This document shows positions 29,239 to 41,000 of a stretch of DNA of 64,000 bases, piece after piece. Source of the stretch: Planctomycetaceae bacterium (GTDB lineage: Bacteria; Planctomycetota; Planctomycetia; Pirellulales; Lacipirellulaceae); contig QIKP01000017.1 of the NCBI GenBank assembly GCA_003233055.1, positions 8,299-72,298 of the forward strand, read 5' to 3'. Below the pieces are notes generated by a model, which was not told the origin of the DNA, searched no databases, and was given only the letters and a program-made list of their open reading frames with translations. Every line of letters starts with the position of its first letter. The first letter of the stretch is position 1. The translations under genes and the position numbers were made by a program.

Positions 29239-31080
29239 CTAAAACAACCCTGCCAGCGGTCCGCCACGCGCCGCCATCAATTCGATCTTTTGGGTGACCG
29301 CCCGGTCTTCTTCCAGTACCGGGGCGTGGTGCGGCTTCACTCGGGCGTCGAGCACGAGCGCCCCAGAGCAACCCCAATGTTTCTCGTGCGTAAAGGCGTC
29401 GATACCGTCGATATCGGCTGCTGGGTTCGTTCGGGTGAAGGTAACCCAAAGGAAGTTGTTCAGCGATTCGCCGACGAAGGAGGTGTTGTCAACGAGCAGG
29501 ACGATCCGGAATTGGTTGATCGAGGCGGTGCGGGAGTAAGATTCGCAAAAGTGGCGTAGGCTCGACTCGCCTGAAGCCCCTGAAGCGGCATCGCCAGCGG
29601 CTTGGATTGCGAGGATCCCAGGGAGGAGGACGCGGGGATGGGAGAAGCCGGCGGGGAGCCGTAGGTCGGCGGGGAGCTCGGTCGCGAGATCGAATTTTGG
29701 CGGACCGACGGCGGCGATGACCAACTTCGAGCCGGCGTTGAGCCCCGTGCCGGAGTAGTCGAGCGTATCGATCGTCGTCTCGGTCTGGAAGTGCAGGTCA
29801 CGCCTCCAATCGGCCCGGGCCAGCATGTGGGCAAAGAACGCGCGGATATCGTGGAGATCGAGCTGCGGGTCGTCCTGCTCCGAGGCAATCCACAAGTACT
29901 TGGCCAACGACAACTGTCCCTGGCCCAAAATCGCGCTCGCTTGGGTCAGTAGCTCTTGCGGTCGACCCGACTCACGAAAAGGCATGTACCGCTCGCTCCC
30001 AATCGCCAGTAGCAGTGGATGCACGCCTGTCGCGTCGACCGCATGGACCCCCTTCACGCCTGGCAACACCGTCGGAATGATCGGTCCGGTGAGGTCGTGA
30101 ATCAACTGGCCAAAGATCGTATCTTCCTGGGGCGGACGACCAACAACGGTGAAGGGCCAAATGGCATCCTTGCGGTGATAAACCTGCTCGACCTGGACTA
30201 CCGGAAAGGGATGGGCGAGCGAATAATACCCAAGGTGATCCCCAAACGGCCCTTCGGTCTTGAGCATTTCGGGAACAACCGTCCCGCAGATCGCAAAGTC
30301 CGTATCGGCATGAACGGGCAGTCCGCCAGGACGCCGCACCATGCGGATCCGCCCTCCCGCCAGGGCTCCTGCAAAACCGAGTTCGCTCATCCCCTCGGGG
30401 AGCGGCATGACGGCGGCCAGGCTCATCGCGGGGGGGCCCCCCACGAAGACGTTCACCCGAAACGGCACCCCTCGCTCCATCGCGAGCCGTTGGTGAACGC
30501 CGATCGAGCGGTGAATCTGATAATGCAAACCGATCTGCTCGTCCGGCAGGTAGTCGCCTCCCGAAAGCTGGATGCGATACATCCCGAGGTTCGACTTTCC
30601 GAGCCCTGGTTGGCGGATATCTTCGGTATAGACCTGTGGCAGCGTGACAAACGCTCCGCCATCGTTGGGCCAACTTACCAGTTGCGGCAACTGGCCAATC
30701 GTCGTTTGGCCAGCCATCACGGGCCCGGTCCGGACAAGCTTCGGGAGTGTTGCGAGCGCGGAGAACGGAACACTCGCGTACTTCATCGGCGAACGGAGTG
30801 CCCGCATCGGGTCGATCTTGAGTTCGACCAGCTGCTCGACTTTGGCGTAGGTATCGCGAAAGAGAAACCGGGCCCGCTCCATGGTGCCAAACAGATTACT
30901 GACCATCGGAAACGAGCAGCCCGTGACGTTGGCAAAGAGGAGCGCCGGCCCCCCTGCCTCGAAGACCCGGCGATGAATGGCCGCCGCTTCGAGGTGCGCG
31001 TCGATCGGCACTTCGATGCGCACAAGGTGCCCATGGTGCTCGAGATTATCGACGCATTGGCGAAGGGAGGTGTAAGGCAT
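29239..31080 (-). CDS. UbiD family prFMN-dependent decarboxylase
   Basis: [36 protein letters not shown]. Confidence 0.92.
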   Translation of the reverse strand: MPYTSLRQCVDNLEHHGHLVRIEVPIDAHLEAAAIHRRVFEAGGPALLFANVTGCSFPMVSNLFGTMERARFLFRDTYAKVEQLVELKIDPMRALRSPMKYASVPFSALATLPKLVRTGPVMAGQTTIGQLPQLVSWPNDGGAFVTLPQVYTEDIRQPGLGKSNLGMYRIQLSGGDYLPDEQIGLHYQIHRSIGVHQRLAMERGVPFRVNVFVGGPPAMSLAAVMPLPEGMSELGFAGALAGGRIRMVRRPGGLPVHADTDFAICGTVVPEMLKTEGPFGDHLGYYSLAHPFPVVQVEQVYHRKDAIWPFTVVGRPPQEDTIFGQLIHDLTGPIIPTVLPGVKGVHAVDATGVHPLLLAIGSERYMPFRESGRPQELLTQASAILGQGQLSLAKYLWIASEQDDPQLDLHDIRAFFAHMLARADWRRDLHFQTETTIDTLDYSGTGLNAGSKLVIAAVGPPKFDLATELPADLRLPAGFSHPRVLLPGILAIQAAGDAASGASGESSLRHFCESYSRTASINQFRIVLLVDNTSFVGESLNNFLWVTFTRTNPAADIDGIDAFTHEKHWGCSGALVLDARVKPHHAPVLEEDRAVTQKIELMAARGGPLAGLF

Positions 31081-31144
31081 CGGAGTCGTGTCACCCTTTC
31101 AGCCGACGAGTGGAGTTTACCCGCCGAAGGAGGGCCTCGTTCCA

Positions 31145-31202
31145 GCCGACGAGCTACGCCTCGTCGGAACGACATCGGAACGACGAGGCGTAGCTCGTCG
31201 GC
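31145..31202. repeat. Inverted doublet of family 1 REP (REPIN/BIME-like)
   Basis: GCCGACGAGCTACGCCTCGTCGG, 13-nt spacer, CGACGAGGCGTAGCTCGTCGGC. Confidence 0.9.
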
Positions 31203-31232
31203 TATGCCTTTTTTTAAACCAATCGGCCTTTC

Positions 31233-31847
31233 TTAAACCAGTCGACGGAGTCGCATTCCCTCGCGTCCATGGAAGCTCAACAGGAGTGCCCCGGTCGCGC
31301 CGCACTGGGCGAACAATTCTTCGCTGAGCGCCTCCTCGCCCGGCCAGGGGTAGCAGTAGACCACATCGAAGTCGTCTGGGTCGAGGTCCAATTCGTCGTA
31401 GGCGTCGCACCCATCGGTTCGAACCCAATTGAAGTCGCCCAGCATGTCGAAGAGGTCTTCCTGCTCAGGTGGCACAAAGCTACCGGCCACGAACTGGGCA
31501 GCCACCTGGTGGTCTGCTGCGAGTTCGCGCGAGACATCGACCAGCTCGTCTTCGATCTCGATCCCGACAGCGTCAAACCCAAGCTCGGCAGCCAGGCAGG
31601 TCGCCACGCCGACACCGCAACCCCATTCCAGAAATCGCCGGCCAGGGGCAAGCCGCTGAATCTCGATCGCTGTGAGCGCCTGGTAAACCGCCACGAAATC
31701 GCTCGGAACAAACGCGGCGATCGGCTCGTCTCGGCGAGCATGCTGGAACGCATCGATCCGCTCGTCCGCATCGTTCAAAAGGTCTAGCACGCGCTGCGGT
31801 AGGGCGATCGCTGGGGCGTCGAATTCGAGAGTCTTGAGTCGAGACAA
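31233..31847 (-). CDS. Class I SAM-dependent methyltransferase
   Basis: FLEWGCGVGV motif I, VGIEIE, FVAGSF, DVVYCYPWP. Confidence 0.85.
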   Translation of the reverse strand: MSRLKTLEFDAPAIALPQRVLDLLNDADERIDAFQHARRDEPIAAFVPSDFVAVYQALTAIEIQRLAPGRRFLEWGCGVGVATCLAAELGFDAVGIEIEDELVDVSRELAADHQVAAQFVAGSFVPPEQEDLFDMLGDFNWVRTDGCDAYDELDLDPDDFDVVYCYPWPGEEALSEELFAQCGATGALLLSFHGREGMRLRRLV

Positions 31848-32073
31848 CGCGACGATCCCCTGCGAGGTTGCGAACGGGCCCTTGCGAGGTTGCGAATGGG
31901 GCGGGCGAGACGTTATCTTGTAACACCCGGTCAGGTCGACCGCAACAGGTGCCGGCTTGAAAGACCAACGGAGTCTCGTCTTTTACCAACCAGGTAAGGT
32001 CGGGCCCCAACCAGGAAGGTCGAATCCAATTACCGAACCGACGATTCGCTTGGCAATCAGGAATTCCGTATCG

Positions 32074-33234
32074 ATGGCAGCAGAGATCCACATCGGGCTC
32101 ATTGGCTACAAGTTCATGGGCAAAGCCCACTCCCATGCCTACAGGACGGTCGACAAATTTTTCGATCTCACGGCTCCGCCCGTGATGAAGGCGGTATGCG
32201 GGCGCAATGCGGCGGCGGTCGAGCAGTTTGCCCAGCGGTGGGGCTGGCAAAGTCACGAGACCTCCTGGGAGAAGCTGGTCGCCCGCGACGACATCGACCT
32301 GATCGATATCGGAACCCCTGGCCACACCCATGCCGCGATTGCCATCGGCGCCGCAAAGTCGGGCAAGCATGTCTTTTGCGAGAAGCCTCTCGCGATGAAC
32401 TTGACTGAAGCACGAGAAATGCTGGCGGCGGTCCGTGCGGCGGGTGTCCGACATATGGTCAATTTCAACTACCGCCGCGTGCCGGCCGTCTCGCTCGCCA
32501 AGCAAATGATCGAAGCGGACGACATCGGCGAGATCCGGCAGGTTCGGTTCACTTACCTGCAAGACTGGCTCGTCGACCCTGAATTTCCGATGAACTGGCG
32601 ACTGCGCAAGGAGTCGGCCGGGAGCGGTGCTCATGGCGACCTGGGAGCCCACGCGATCGACTTGGCCCGGTTTCTCGTTGGCGACTTGGCCGAAGTCGTT
32701 GGCCAAAAGAAAACCTTCATCACGGAACGCCCTGCCGAAGGGACGTCGGATGGCCTTACCGCGACGGCCGGCAAAGGAATGGAGTCGGTCACCGTCGACG
32801 ACTGCAGCATGTGGCTCGCCAAATTTGCGAATGGTGCGCTCGGCACGTTTGAAGCGACGCGCCTCGCCGCCGGCCGAAGAAACTACAATCGCTTCGAGAT
32901 CAACGGCAGCAAGGGGTCGCTCGTTTGGTGTTTCGAGGAGATGAACTTTCTCGACTTCTACTCCACGGAGGATCCCAGCACCGCGCAAGGATTCCGCCGA
33001 ATCATGGCGACCGAGGGAGACCACCCCTACGCGGGCAACTGGTGGCCGCCAGGGCATGCCCTGGGGTACGAACATGGCTTCGTTCACGCGGTGTACGACT
33101 TGCTCGAAGACATTTCGCACGACCGCAACTGCCAGCCCGACTTCCGCGATGGTGCCCAATGCGTTGCGGTGCTCGAAGCGGTCGACGCCTCGATCGAGTC
33201 GGGAGGCTGGGCAGAGGTAGAGCGGGTAGAGTAA
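32074..33234 (+). CDS. Gfo/Idh/MocA oxidoreductase
   Basis: IGLIGYKFMGKAH, HVFCEKPLA, FNYRRVPA, GAHGDLGAH. Confidence 0.92.
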   Translation: MAAEIHIGLIGYKFMGKAHSHAYRTVDKFFDLTAPPVMKAVCGRNAAAVEQFAQRWGWQSHETSWEKLVARDDIDLIDIGTPGHTHAAIAIGAAKSGKHVFCEKPLAMNLTEAREMLAAVRAAGVRHMVNFNYRRVPAVSLAKQMIEADDIGEIRQVRFTYLQDWLVDPEFPMNWRLRKESAGSGAHGDLGAHAIDLARFLVGDLAEVVGQKKTFITERPAEGTSDGLTATAGKGMESVTVDDCSMWLAKFANGALGTFEATRLAAGRRNYNRFEINGSKGSLVWCFEEMNFLDFYSTEDPSTAQGFRRIMATEGDHPYAGNWWPPGHALGYEHGFVHAVYDLLEDISHDRNCQPDFRDGAQCVAVLEAVDASIESGGWAEVERVE

Positions 33235-33286
33235 AAAGATAGGACGCCCCTCCGACAGACTACGGATAACCAACAACGGACCAACC

Positions 33287-34432
33287 ATGCCCATTCAAGC
33301 AGCAATCATTGGCACCGGCTTCATCGGCCCCGCCCACCTCGAAGCCCTTCGCCGACTTGGTACCGTCGACGTGGTCGCCGTCTCCGAACGCAACCAAGAG
33401 CTTGCCGATCTCAAGGCAAAGGAACTCTCGATCCCCCAAGCGTATGGCGACTACCACGATCTACTTGCCAACCCCGAGATTCAGGTCGTCCACAATTGCA
33501 CGCCCAATCACCTCCATTTCGAGGTGAATAAGGCGATCATGGCGGCTGGAAAGCATGTGGTGAGCGAGAAGCCGCTGGCGATGAACTCCACCGAGTCGCG
33601 TGAACTGGTCCGACTCGCCAAGGAGAGTGGCGTGGTTCATGCGATCGACTTCAACTACCGCTATATGCCGCTCGTCCAGCAAGCCCGCATGATGTGCGAG
33701 AAAGGGGACGTCGGTCGGATACTCGCCGTGCATGGCAGTTACCTGCAAGACTGGCTCCACCAAGAAACCGACTGGAACTGGCGACTCGTCCCGGAAATGA
33801 GTGGCGACTCGCGGGCGATGGCCGACATCGGCAGCCATTGGTGCGACCTGGTGCAGTTCATCACCGGCATGAAAATCGTCCGCGTGATGGCCGACCTTGT
33901 GACGATCCACCCCGTGCGTAAGCGGCCCAAAGTCGAAGTCGAAACCTACGCTGGCAAAGTGCTCAAGCCGGAGGACCTCGAAGAGGTCGAAATCAACACC
34001 GAGGATTACGGCAGCGTCCTCTTGGAGTTCGACACCGGTACGCATGGCGTGATGACGGTGAACCAGTGTGCGGCAGGGCGAAAAAACCGCCTCAGCTTCG
34101 AGATCGACGGCAGCAACTGCGCCCTCGGTTGGAATCAAGAAACGCCGAACGAACTTTGGATCGGACGCCGCGACAAGCCGAACGAAGTGATGATGAAGGA
34201 CGCGAGCCTCATGTACGAAGAGGTCCGCGACTACGCCCATTACCCGGGCGGCCACAACGAGGCGTACCCCGATGGACCGAAAAATTTGTTTCGCAACGTC
34301 TACGGGTTCCTCACCGGAGACCGGCCCGGCGGCGACTTTGCGACGTTTGAGGATGGCCACAACGAAATCGCGATTTGCGACGCCGTGCTGAAGAGCAGTC
34401 GCGAAAGAAGTTGGGTCGACGTGGAGTATTGA
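33287..34432 (+). CDS. Gfo/Idh/MocA oxidoreductase
   Basis: [31 protein letters not shown]. Confidence 0.92.
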   Translation: MPIQAAIIGTGFIGPAHLEALRRLGTVDVVAVSERNQELADLKAKELSIPQAYGDYHDLLANPEIQVVHNCTPNHLHFEVNKAIMAAGKHVVSEKPLAMNSTESRELVRLAKESGVVHAIDFNYRYMPLVQQARMMCEKGDVGRILAVHGSYLQDWLHQETDWNWRLVPEMSGDSRAMADIGSHWCDLVQFITGMKIVRVMADLVTIHPVRKRPKVEVETYAGKVLKPEDLEEVEINTEDYGSVLLEFDTGTHGVMTVNQCAAGRKNRLSFEIDGSNCALGWNQETPNELWIGRRDKPNEVMMKDASLMYEEVRDYAHYPGGHNEAYPDGPKNLFRNVYGFLTGDRPGGDFATFEDGHNEIAICDAVLKSSRERSWVDVEY

Positions 34433-34565
34433 GTTGGCGGAACGGACGGCTAAAGAGGCGGGCCTCAGGAGAATTGCAACGCCCTTTCTTTTTTCCCGTA
34501 GCCCCGACCAGTCCGCTGTCCGTTGCTCCCCCCAAAAGCCCCACCCACGCACCCCGGCAACCACC

Positions 34566-35477
34566 ATGCTCCGTGAATCCGCAACTCCCGGCGAGCGCTT
34601 CCGAGCGGCTCTCGACGAGGAGAGGCCGCTCCAGTTGGCTGGCACGATCAATGCGTATTCGGCCCTGCTGGCGGAACGCGCTGGATTTCGAGCGATCTAC
34701 CTTTCGGGTGCCGGCGTGGCGAATGCCTCGTTCGGATTCCCCGATCTCGGGGTGACGACGCTGACGGATGTTTGCGAAGAAGTCCGCCGCATTACCGGGG
34801 CGACCCAACTCCCCCTGATGGTCGATGCCGATACCGGTTGGGGAGGGGCGATCATGATCGCCCGTACGATGCGGGACCTTGATCGTGCCGGCGCTGCAGG
34901 CTGCCACTTGGAAGACCAAGTCCTGACGAAACGATGCGGACATCGCCCTGGCAAGCAGCTTGTCTCGACGACCGAAATGTGTGACCGCCTGAAGGGGGCC
35001 GTTGACGGCCGATCGGACGAATCGTTTTTCCTGATGGCTCGTACCGACGCCGCTGCCATCGAGGGACAGGGTGCCGCGATCGAGCGAGCGCAAGCCTATG
35101 TGGCGGCCGGTGCCGACGCGATTTTCGCCGAAGCCTTCACAACGATCGATCAGTACCGCGAGATGACTGCGGCGGTCGAGGTGCCAGTGTTGGCCAACAT
35201 CACGGAGTTTGGCAAAACGCCCCTCTTCACCGTGACCCAACTGGGCGAGGCAGGCGTGCGAATGACACTGTATCCGCTCAGCGCGTTTCGCGCCATGAGC
35301 CAAGCGGCGTTGATGGTCTATGAAACACTCCGGCGCGACGGGACGCAAAAAGGGGTACTCGAGACCATGCAAACACGCGAATCTCTCTACGATGTTCTGG
35401 GGTACCATGCTCTTGAAAAGAAAACCGACCACCGTTCCAGGTCCGAAGAAGGAACCACGAATCCGACGAATGAGTGA
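34566..35477 (+). CDS. prpB: 2-methylisocitrate lyase
   Basis: [25 protein letters not shown] signature, [23 protein letters not shown]. Confidence 0.93.
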   Translation: MLRESATPGERFRAALDEERPLQLAGTINAYSALLAERAGFRAIYLSGAGVANASFGFPDLGVTTLTDVCEEVRRITGATQLPLMVDADTGWGGAIMIARTMRDLDRAGAAGCHLEDQVLTKRCGHRPGKQLVSTTEMCDRLKGAVDGRSDESFFLMARTDAAAIEGQGAAIERAQAYVAAGADAIFAEAFTTIDQYREMTAAVEVPVLANITEFGKTPLFTVTQLGEAGVRMTLYPLSAFRAMSQAALMVYETLRRDGTQKGVLETMQTRESLYDVLGYHALEKKTDHRSRSEEGTTNPTNE

Positions 35478-35541
35478 TGCCATTTTTTCGCTATTCGCGT
35501 CATTCGTGGTTTTTCCTGCCTTGGCTTCCGTGAACGGTTAC
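35429..35541. mobile_element. MITE-like palindromic element overlapping the prpB 3' end
   Basis: Degenerate left end CCACCGTTCCAGG, inner AACCACGAAT/ATTCGTGGTT pair (35453/35502), right end CCGTGAACGGTTAC (35528-35541). Confidence 0.7.
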
Positions 35542-35578
35542 GAAAATCGATAGCGATCCCAAGGAGAAACCCTTCACG

Positions 35579-36727
35579 ATGTCTACCCCGACCCGTCCCT
35601 TGAAGCCGAAAAAATCCGTTGCGCTTTCGGGCGTTCCCGCAGGCAACACGGCCCTCTGCACCGTGGGGCGGAGTGGCAATGACCTGCACTATCGGGGCTA
35701 CGACATCCGCGACCTGGCGGCAAGATGCGACTTCGAGGAGGTGGCCCATTTGCTGGTGCATGGCCATCTTCCTAACCAAGAGGAGCTGGTCGCCTACGAA
35801 GCGAAAATAAGGTCGCTCAGAGGGTTGCCTGAAACGGTCCGAAAGGTGCTGGAAATGTTGCCAGCCACCGCGTATCCCATGGACGTCTTACGGACAGGTG
35901 TCTCGGTGCTCGGTTGTGTGGAACCGGAAGGGGAGACCCACGACGCGGCCGGTGCTCGCGACTTGGTAGACCGGCTGCTCGCCTCGCTCGGCGGAATGCT
36001 GACCTACTGGTACCGGTTTGCTCACAGCGGCCAACGGATCGGTCTCGAATCGGAGGAGACTTCCATCGGCGGAAGCTTCCTCGAAGGGCTTCAGGGCAGG
36101 CCCCCTACAGAGACAGCCATTCGCGCGATGCAGGTCTCCCTCGTTCTCTATGCCGAGCATGAGTTCAACGCCTCGACGTTTACGAGCCGAGTGATTGCAG
36201 GCACGGGATCCGATCTCTATTCCGCCATCACCGGTGCGATTGGCGCGTTGCGAGGTCCCAAGCATGGGGGTGCCAACGAGGTCGCCCTGGAGGTACTTCA
36301 GCGGTACGCCGATCCCGACGATGCCGAGGCCGACATTGTCCGCCGACTTGGAAACAAGGAAGTGATTATCGGTTTCGGCCACCCCGTCTACACGGTCTCG
36401 GACCCGAGGAATGAAATCATCAAGCAAGTTGCGCGTGATCTTTCGGTGGAAGCGGGCGATCGAAAGCTATTCGACATTGCCGAACGGATTGAAACCGTCA
36501 TGATGCGAGAGAAGAAGATGTTTCCCAATCTCGACTGGTTCAGTGCGGTGTCGTATCATCTCCTCGACGTGCCGACCACCCTGTTCACCCCACTGTTTGT
36601 CATCGCCCGCACCGCTGGCTGGGGGGCGCACGTAGTCGAGCAACGCGAGGATGGAAAGATCATCCGCCCGAGTGCCCACTACACCGGGCCCGAGCCCCAG
36701 GCGTTCGTTGCTATGGAAGAGCGTTGA
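35579..36727 (+). CDS. prpC: 2-methylcitrate synthase
   Basis: [55 protein letters not shown]. Confidence 0.93.
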   Translation: MSTPTRPLKPKKSVALSGVPAGNTALCTVGRSGNDLHYRGYDIRDLAARCDFEEVAHLLVHGHLPNQEELVAYEAKIRSLRGLPETVRKVLEMLPATAYPMDVLRTGVSVLGCVEPEGETHDAAGARDLVDRLLASLGGMLTYWYRFAHSGQRIGLESEETSIGGSFLEGLQGRPPTETAIRAMQVSLVLYAEHEFNASTFTSRVIAGTGSDLYSAITGAIGALRGPKHGGANEVALEVLQRYADPDDAEADIVRRLGNKEVIIGFGHPVYTVSDPRNEIIKQVARDLSVEAGDRKLFDIAERIETVMMREKKMFPNLDWFSAVSYHLLDVPTTLFTPLFVIARTAGWGAHVVEQREDGKIIRPSAHYTGPEPQAFVAMEER

Positions 36728-36747
36728 ATGGCGGGTCGCTTTTTTTT

Positions 36748-36795
36748 GTAACCGTTCACGGAATCCGAGGGCCCGACGAGGCGTAGCTCGTTGGC
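36748..36795. repeat. Element end GTAACCGTTCACGG plus family 1 REP between convergent prpC and cca
   Basis: GTAACCGTTCACGG at 36748; CCGACGAGGCGTAGCTCGTTGGC at 36773. Confidence 0.8.
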
Positions 36796-36825
36796 CAGGG
36801 GCCCGGTCAACAGAAGGGCCGAAGA

Positions 36826-38052
36826 TTAGCGGCTCAACCGGTCCGCCATGTCGAGCGCCTCCTCGCGCGATTGGAGTCTCCCTTCCAACTGGGCGTCGCG
36901 AATCGTTTCGAGCCACGAGCCAAACTTTGGCCCTGGCGCGAGTCCGTGGCGGATCAAGTCGTCACCGGTGACGAGCGGCGTGGGGTTGAGCTGCTCCGCC
37001 GGGAGCGATAGTTTTTCGCGACAGAGCGTCACGGAGGGATCTTCCCCACCGGCAATCGCGGTCGCCAGTGCTAAGAGTTCCGGCGCACCGTCGTGCGACA
37101 GCACTCGCTGCAAACGAGGCCAACCGACCCCGCACGCGGCCAAAACCACAGGCAATTTTTCTAGGAGCCAGTCGGCGCGGGCAACGTCGCGGTTGGGGAG
37201 CTTCCATCGGCCTCCGATGCCCCCCGCTACCCTTAGGTCAGAATCACCACGAAGCAAGGCGGCCAGCACCAGCGGCAAGGTCGGACGGTTTAGCCGAGCT
37301 GCAACGGCGAGCAAATCGTTCCAGTCGTCTCCAACAACCGAGGTTATCTCCGAAAACACGTGGGTTTCCAAGCCGGTTTGACGCAGGAGTTCCATCGCCT
37401 GGGCCCGATTCGGGTCGCAAAGCATGGCCCGTAATTCGGCACCGATTCGTTCGCCACTCACCTGCGCAATGTCGGCGTTCCGATCACGGACCGCGTTCAT
37501 TGTCGCCCGATCGATTACAAAGTCAAAGCGAGCCGCAAACCGGACTGCCCGAAGCATTCTCAGTTTGTCTTCGCCGATCCGATCGGCCGCATTGCCAATC
37601 GCCCGGACAACGCCTGCTTCGAGGTCCGCGCGGCCTCCGACGTAGTCCATCACTTCCCCGGTAAGGGGGTCGAAGAAGAGACCGTTGATGGTGAAGTCGC
37701 GTCGACTGGCATCGATTTCCGCTGTCGCAAATTCGACACGATCGGGGCGGCGTCCGTCGGTGTAGTCTCCTTCCGTGCGAAAGGTGGCGACCTCGATCGG
37801 CTGGACATCTTTGGAGCCCAACACGGTCACGACCCCAAACGCGACGCCGATCGGAATCGTTCGCTGGTGACCAAACAGGTCTCGAACTTGCTCCGGCGTG
37901 GCACCGGTCGCCACGTCGTAGTCCTTCGGAACCTGTCCCCGTAATTGATCCCGCACGCAGCCCCCGGCCCACAGCGCCTCGAACCCCGCCTTCCGAAGGC
38001 GCGCTACCACATCGTGCGCAAATTGCCGTTGAGGGTCGTGAGGGGTCGGCAT
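36826..38052 (-). CDS. cca: CCA tRNA nucleotidyltransferase
   Basis: AGGCVRD...KDYDVAT, EVATFR, RRDFTING, EDKLRMLRAVRF, SGERI; start overlaps addA stop (TAATG). Confidence 0.93.
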   Translation of the reverse strand: MPTPHDPQRQFAHDVVARLRKAGFEALWAGGCVRDQLRGQVPKDYDVATGATPEQVRDLFGHQRTIPIGVAFGVVTVLGSKDVQPIEVATFRTEGDYTDGRRPDRVEFATAEIDASRRDFTINGLFFDPLTGEVMDYVGGRADLEAGVVRAIGNAADRIGEDKLRMLRAVRFAARFDFVIDRATMNAVRDRNADIAQVSGERIGAELRAMLCDPNRAQAMELLRQTGLETHVFSEITSVVGDDWNDLLAVAARLNRPTLPLVLAALLRGDSDLRVAGGIGGRWKLPNRDVARADWLLEKLPVVLAACGVGWPRLQRVLSHDGAPELLALATAIAGGEDPSVTLCREKLSLPAEQLNPTPLVTGDDLIRHGLAPGPKFGSWLETIRDAQLEGRLQSREEALDMADRLSR

Positions 38053-41000
38053 TAGGTGGTCGCTCCGGCCAGTGCTTGTTCCACGAGTTCGATCGCCTGC
38101 TGACGGGCCGCTCGGTTCCATGGTGTGACCTGTTCCATACCGGGACGGAGGAAGTGGAGGACCAGTTCGTCCGGGCCGGTGCCCCATGTCTGCTCGACCG
38201 CCAACGCATAGACGGCCATTTGCAATGCGTACTTGGCGGCCAACGGAGGGACTTCCTCCGCGTTACAGAGGTTCGTTTTGTAGTCGATCACGCGCCAGAC
38301 GCCATCGGCTCCCTGGTAAAGACAATCGAGGTAGCCCTGCAAGTAGCGGCCGTTGCCCTTCGAGGCCTTGGTCTCCGAGGTATTGACCTTCGAGCCAGGG
38401 GGCCACGCCAAGAGGAATTCTACCTCGTGATGGATCTTCTGGGCAGATCGCATCTCTTCGGCACGGCGAGACTGGAAAAATTTCTCGACCAGTTCCCTGG
38501 CCGCCGTCGCCGCCTCGGCTGCGGCAAGAGGGTGGTGAAGCGGGGCTAGGGTATGGCACCAAGGGTCGATCGTCTCGGGGTGAGCAAAGTCGGCACGTTC
38601 CAGAACCGCGTGGACAAGCGTTCCAAAAGATAACGGGTCCAACGCCGAATTCCTCGCCGCTGAAACCGCCTCGCCCCGCCAGAGGTCGCCGCCGGCGCGG
38701 ACAATCTGGCCCGAAAGCCTGGTCACCGAGAAGCGGCGACGCCAGCTCGGGTCGACCTCCAGCAGTGCGGCCGCCTTCGATTCGGGGGAAACCTTTGTCT
38801 GTATCTCTGCCTGTCCCCCTGCCTGCATTTTTGCCTGTTCCAGCAGCTTCGGTAACGGAGGTCGCTTGGCACCCGAAGAAAAAGGGCGATCGGTCGTCGG
38901 CGAGACAACATTCACATCAATGCTTCGGTTGGCATCGCCCGACCGATCGCTAAGGAGCTTCCCCTCCCTCAGATCAAACGACTCCGCTAGCCGCTTGAGC
39001 CATGGCCCGGACGGCTTCTCCAGATCGTTGACTCCGGAGGAGAGAAGCAGGTAATCGGCCGCACGGGTGCAGGCCACGTAGAGCAAACGATTCGACTCGG
39101 CCGCTTCTTCCAGGTTTTCAAAATGGCCAAACAACCGCAGCCCCGAGGCGTCGGTTTTGTCCGCCTCGGGTTCTTTCACGAGTGGGCCGAGGTCACGGTG
39201 AAAGGCGACCGAGACCGAGTGGCTCGACTTGTCACGATCGACGTCCGGAACGATCACGACCGGAAACTCCAGGCCCTTGGCTTGGTGAATCGTCATGAGC
39301 CGCACCACATTGGCCGTTTCGGGCGTCGTGGCGGCCAGGGCCTCCTTGGGAGCGCTGGTAGTGAACTCGGCAAGCTGCGTCACAAAATCGTCGAGCGAAC
39401 CAACCCCACTAGCCCCCGCCAAACGTGCCTGCTCGACTAGTTTTTCGACGTTCGCCAGTTTGCGCTCCCCCATGAAGTCGGCAAGGAGTGCCGCGTCGAA
39501 GCCGGTCCGCTCGAAAGCCTCGGCAAGTAACTGCGAGAGAGAGACCTGCTCCTTGATCGATCGAAGATAGCGGAGCGTGTTGGCGGCCGCGGTGACTTTT
39601 TCTCTCTCGAGTGCCTCCAATTCCTTCGGCGGGCGCTCCGCAAAGAGCCCCGCCTCGAGGCTGCGCCCTCGCGCCGTGAGCCAAAAAAGGGATTCGTCCG
39701 CGAGCGAAAAAAAAGGACTCCGCAACACGCCGGCGAGGCTCAGTTCATCGCAACTGCTCGCAATCGATCGGAGCAGATGAAGTAGGTCGTAGACTTCTTG
39801 TTGGGTGTAAAACGCATGGCCCCCCACGAGGTAGTAATCGATCTTCTGTTCGCGGAGCGCGGCCTCGTAATACTGGACGTCGCTCAGCACGCGGAAGAGA
39901 AGGGCCACGTCGCCTGGCTGGGCGGGCCGACAGCCCTCCGGGGCTCCTGGGTCGGCAACGATCTTCGCATCGCCATCGAAGAGTTCCCGCAATCGCACGG
40001 CAATCGAGCGCGCCTCGGCCTGCCGGCTTCGCGCCTTCCAGCCTGCCACGTTGCGATTTCCTTCCACGACGGTCCATCGAAACTCGATCGCAGGTTCGGG
40101 AGTGACTTGGGGGCGGCTTGGGGAGAGTGGCTGGTACCCGCCAGTAAAAAGATCGCCAGCGAGCGAATTGACAAAATTCAAGATGGCAGGTTGACTGCGG
40201 AAATTCATCGACAGAGGCAGCCGCCACGACTCGGCCACCTCCGACCGTAAATCAAGAAAGACTTTCGGCTCCGCGCCACGAAAGCGGTAGATCGATTGCT
40301 TGTCATCTCCCACGAAAAAGAGTTTGCCCGCCTCTTGAATTTCGCCAGCGAGCGCCTTGACGATTTCGACTTGCAGGCGATCGGTATCCTGAAACTCGTC
40401 CACCATCAAGAGACGAATTTTCCCTCGTATCTGATCCTGGGTATCGCGGTGGGCCTCGTCCGTCAGCAAGCGATGCGCGGTGGCGATCAGGTCGTCGTAG
40501 TCGAGCGCGCCGAGCGACTCCTTTGCCTGACGATAGGCGTCCGCGGCGAGCTGCGTCAATCTCGCCAAATGGAGCCCCAACTCCGCCGACCGATGGGCGC
40601 TCGCGCTCGTGAAATCGGCGTTCGGCAGGGCCTTGATGGCATCTCGCAGCCGTGTGGCGGTCTCCTTGAAACGCTCGAAGAGCGCATCGTCGCCCCACGT
40701 TTTTTTTGTAAAAGGTTTCCGGTTCGCGCGGGCGAGCGCCTGAATTGCCTCCAAATCGGTCATCGATGCGCTTCCATCGACAAGCGTCCGGAGCAGCGAG
40801 AGAAATTGCTCCTTTTTTCCCGAAGCCTCAGCATTTTCGGGTGCAAACTCACTGACCAGCACTATCAATTCCTCACCGACCGAGCCTAGGTCAGCGCAAG
40901 CGGCAGGCCAGACCTCCTCACGATAGAATCGTTCCCAGGCAGTGATCGCGTCGGCCGGTTCCTTCTCCAACCATCGGGCAAACGCTTCGCCCCGATGCTG

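Noticed and set aside
31573-33294. 573-aa minus-strand ORF, and similar long ORFs at 12713-13903, 17593-18825, 27476-28702, 30019-31236, 33461-34651, 49089-50261, 56232-57506
   Set aside because: Antisense shadows of well-supported genes in GC-rich DNA; no recognisable motifs
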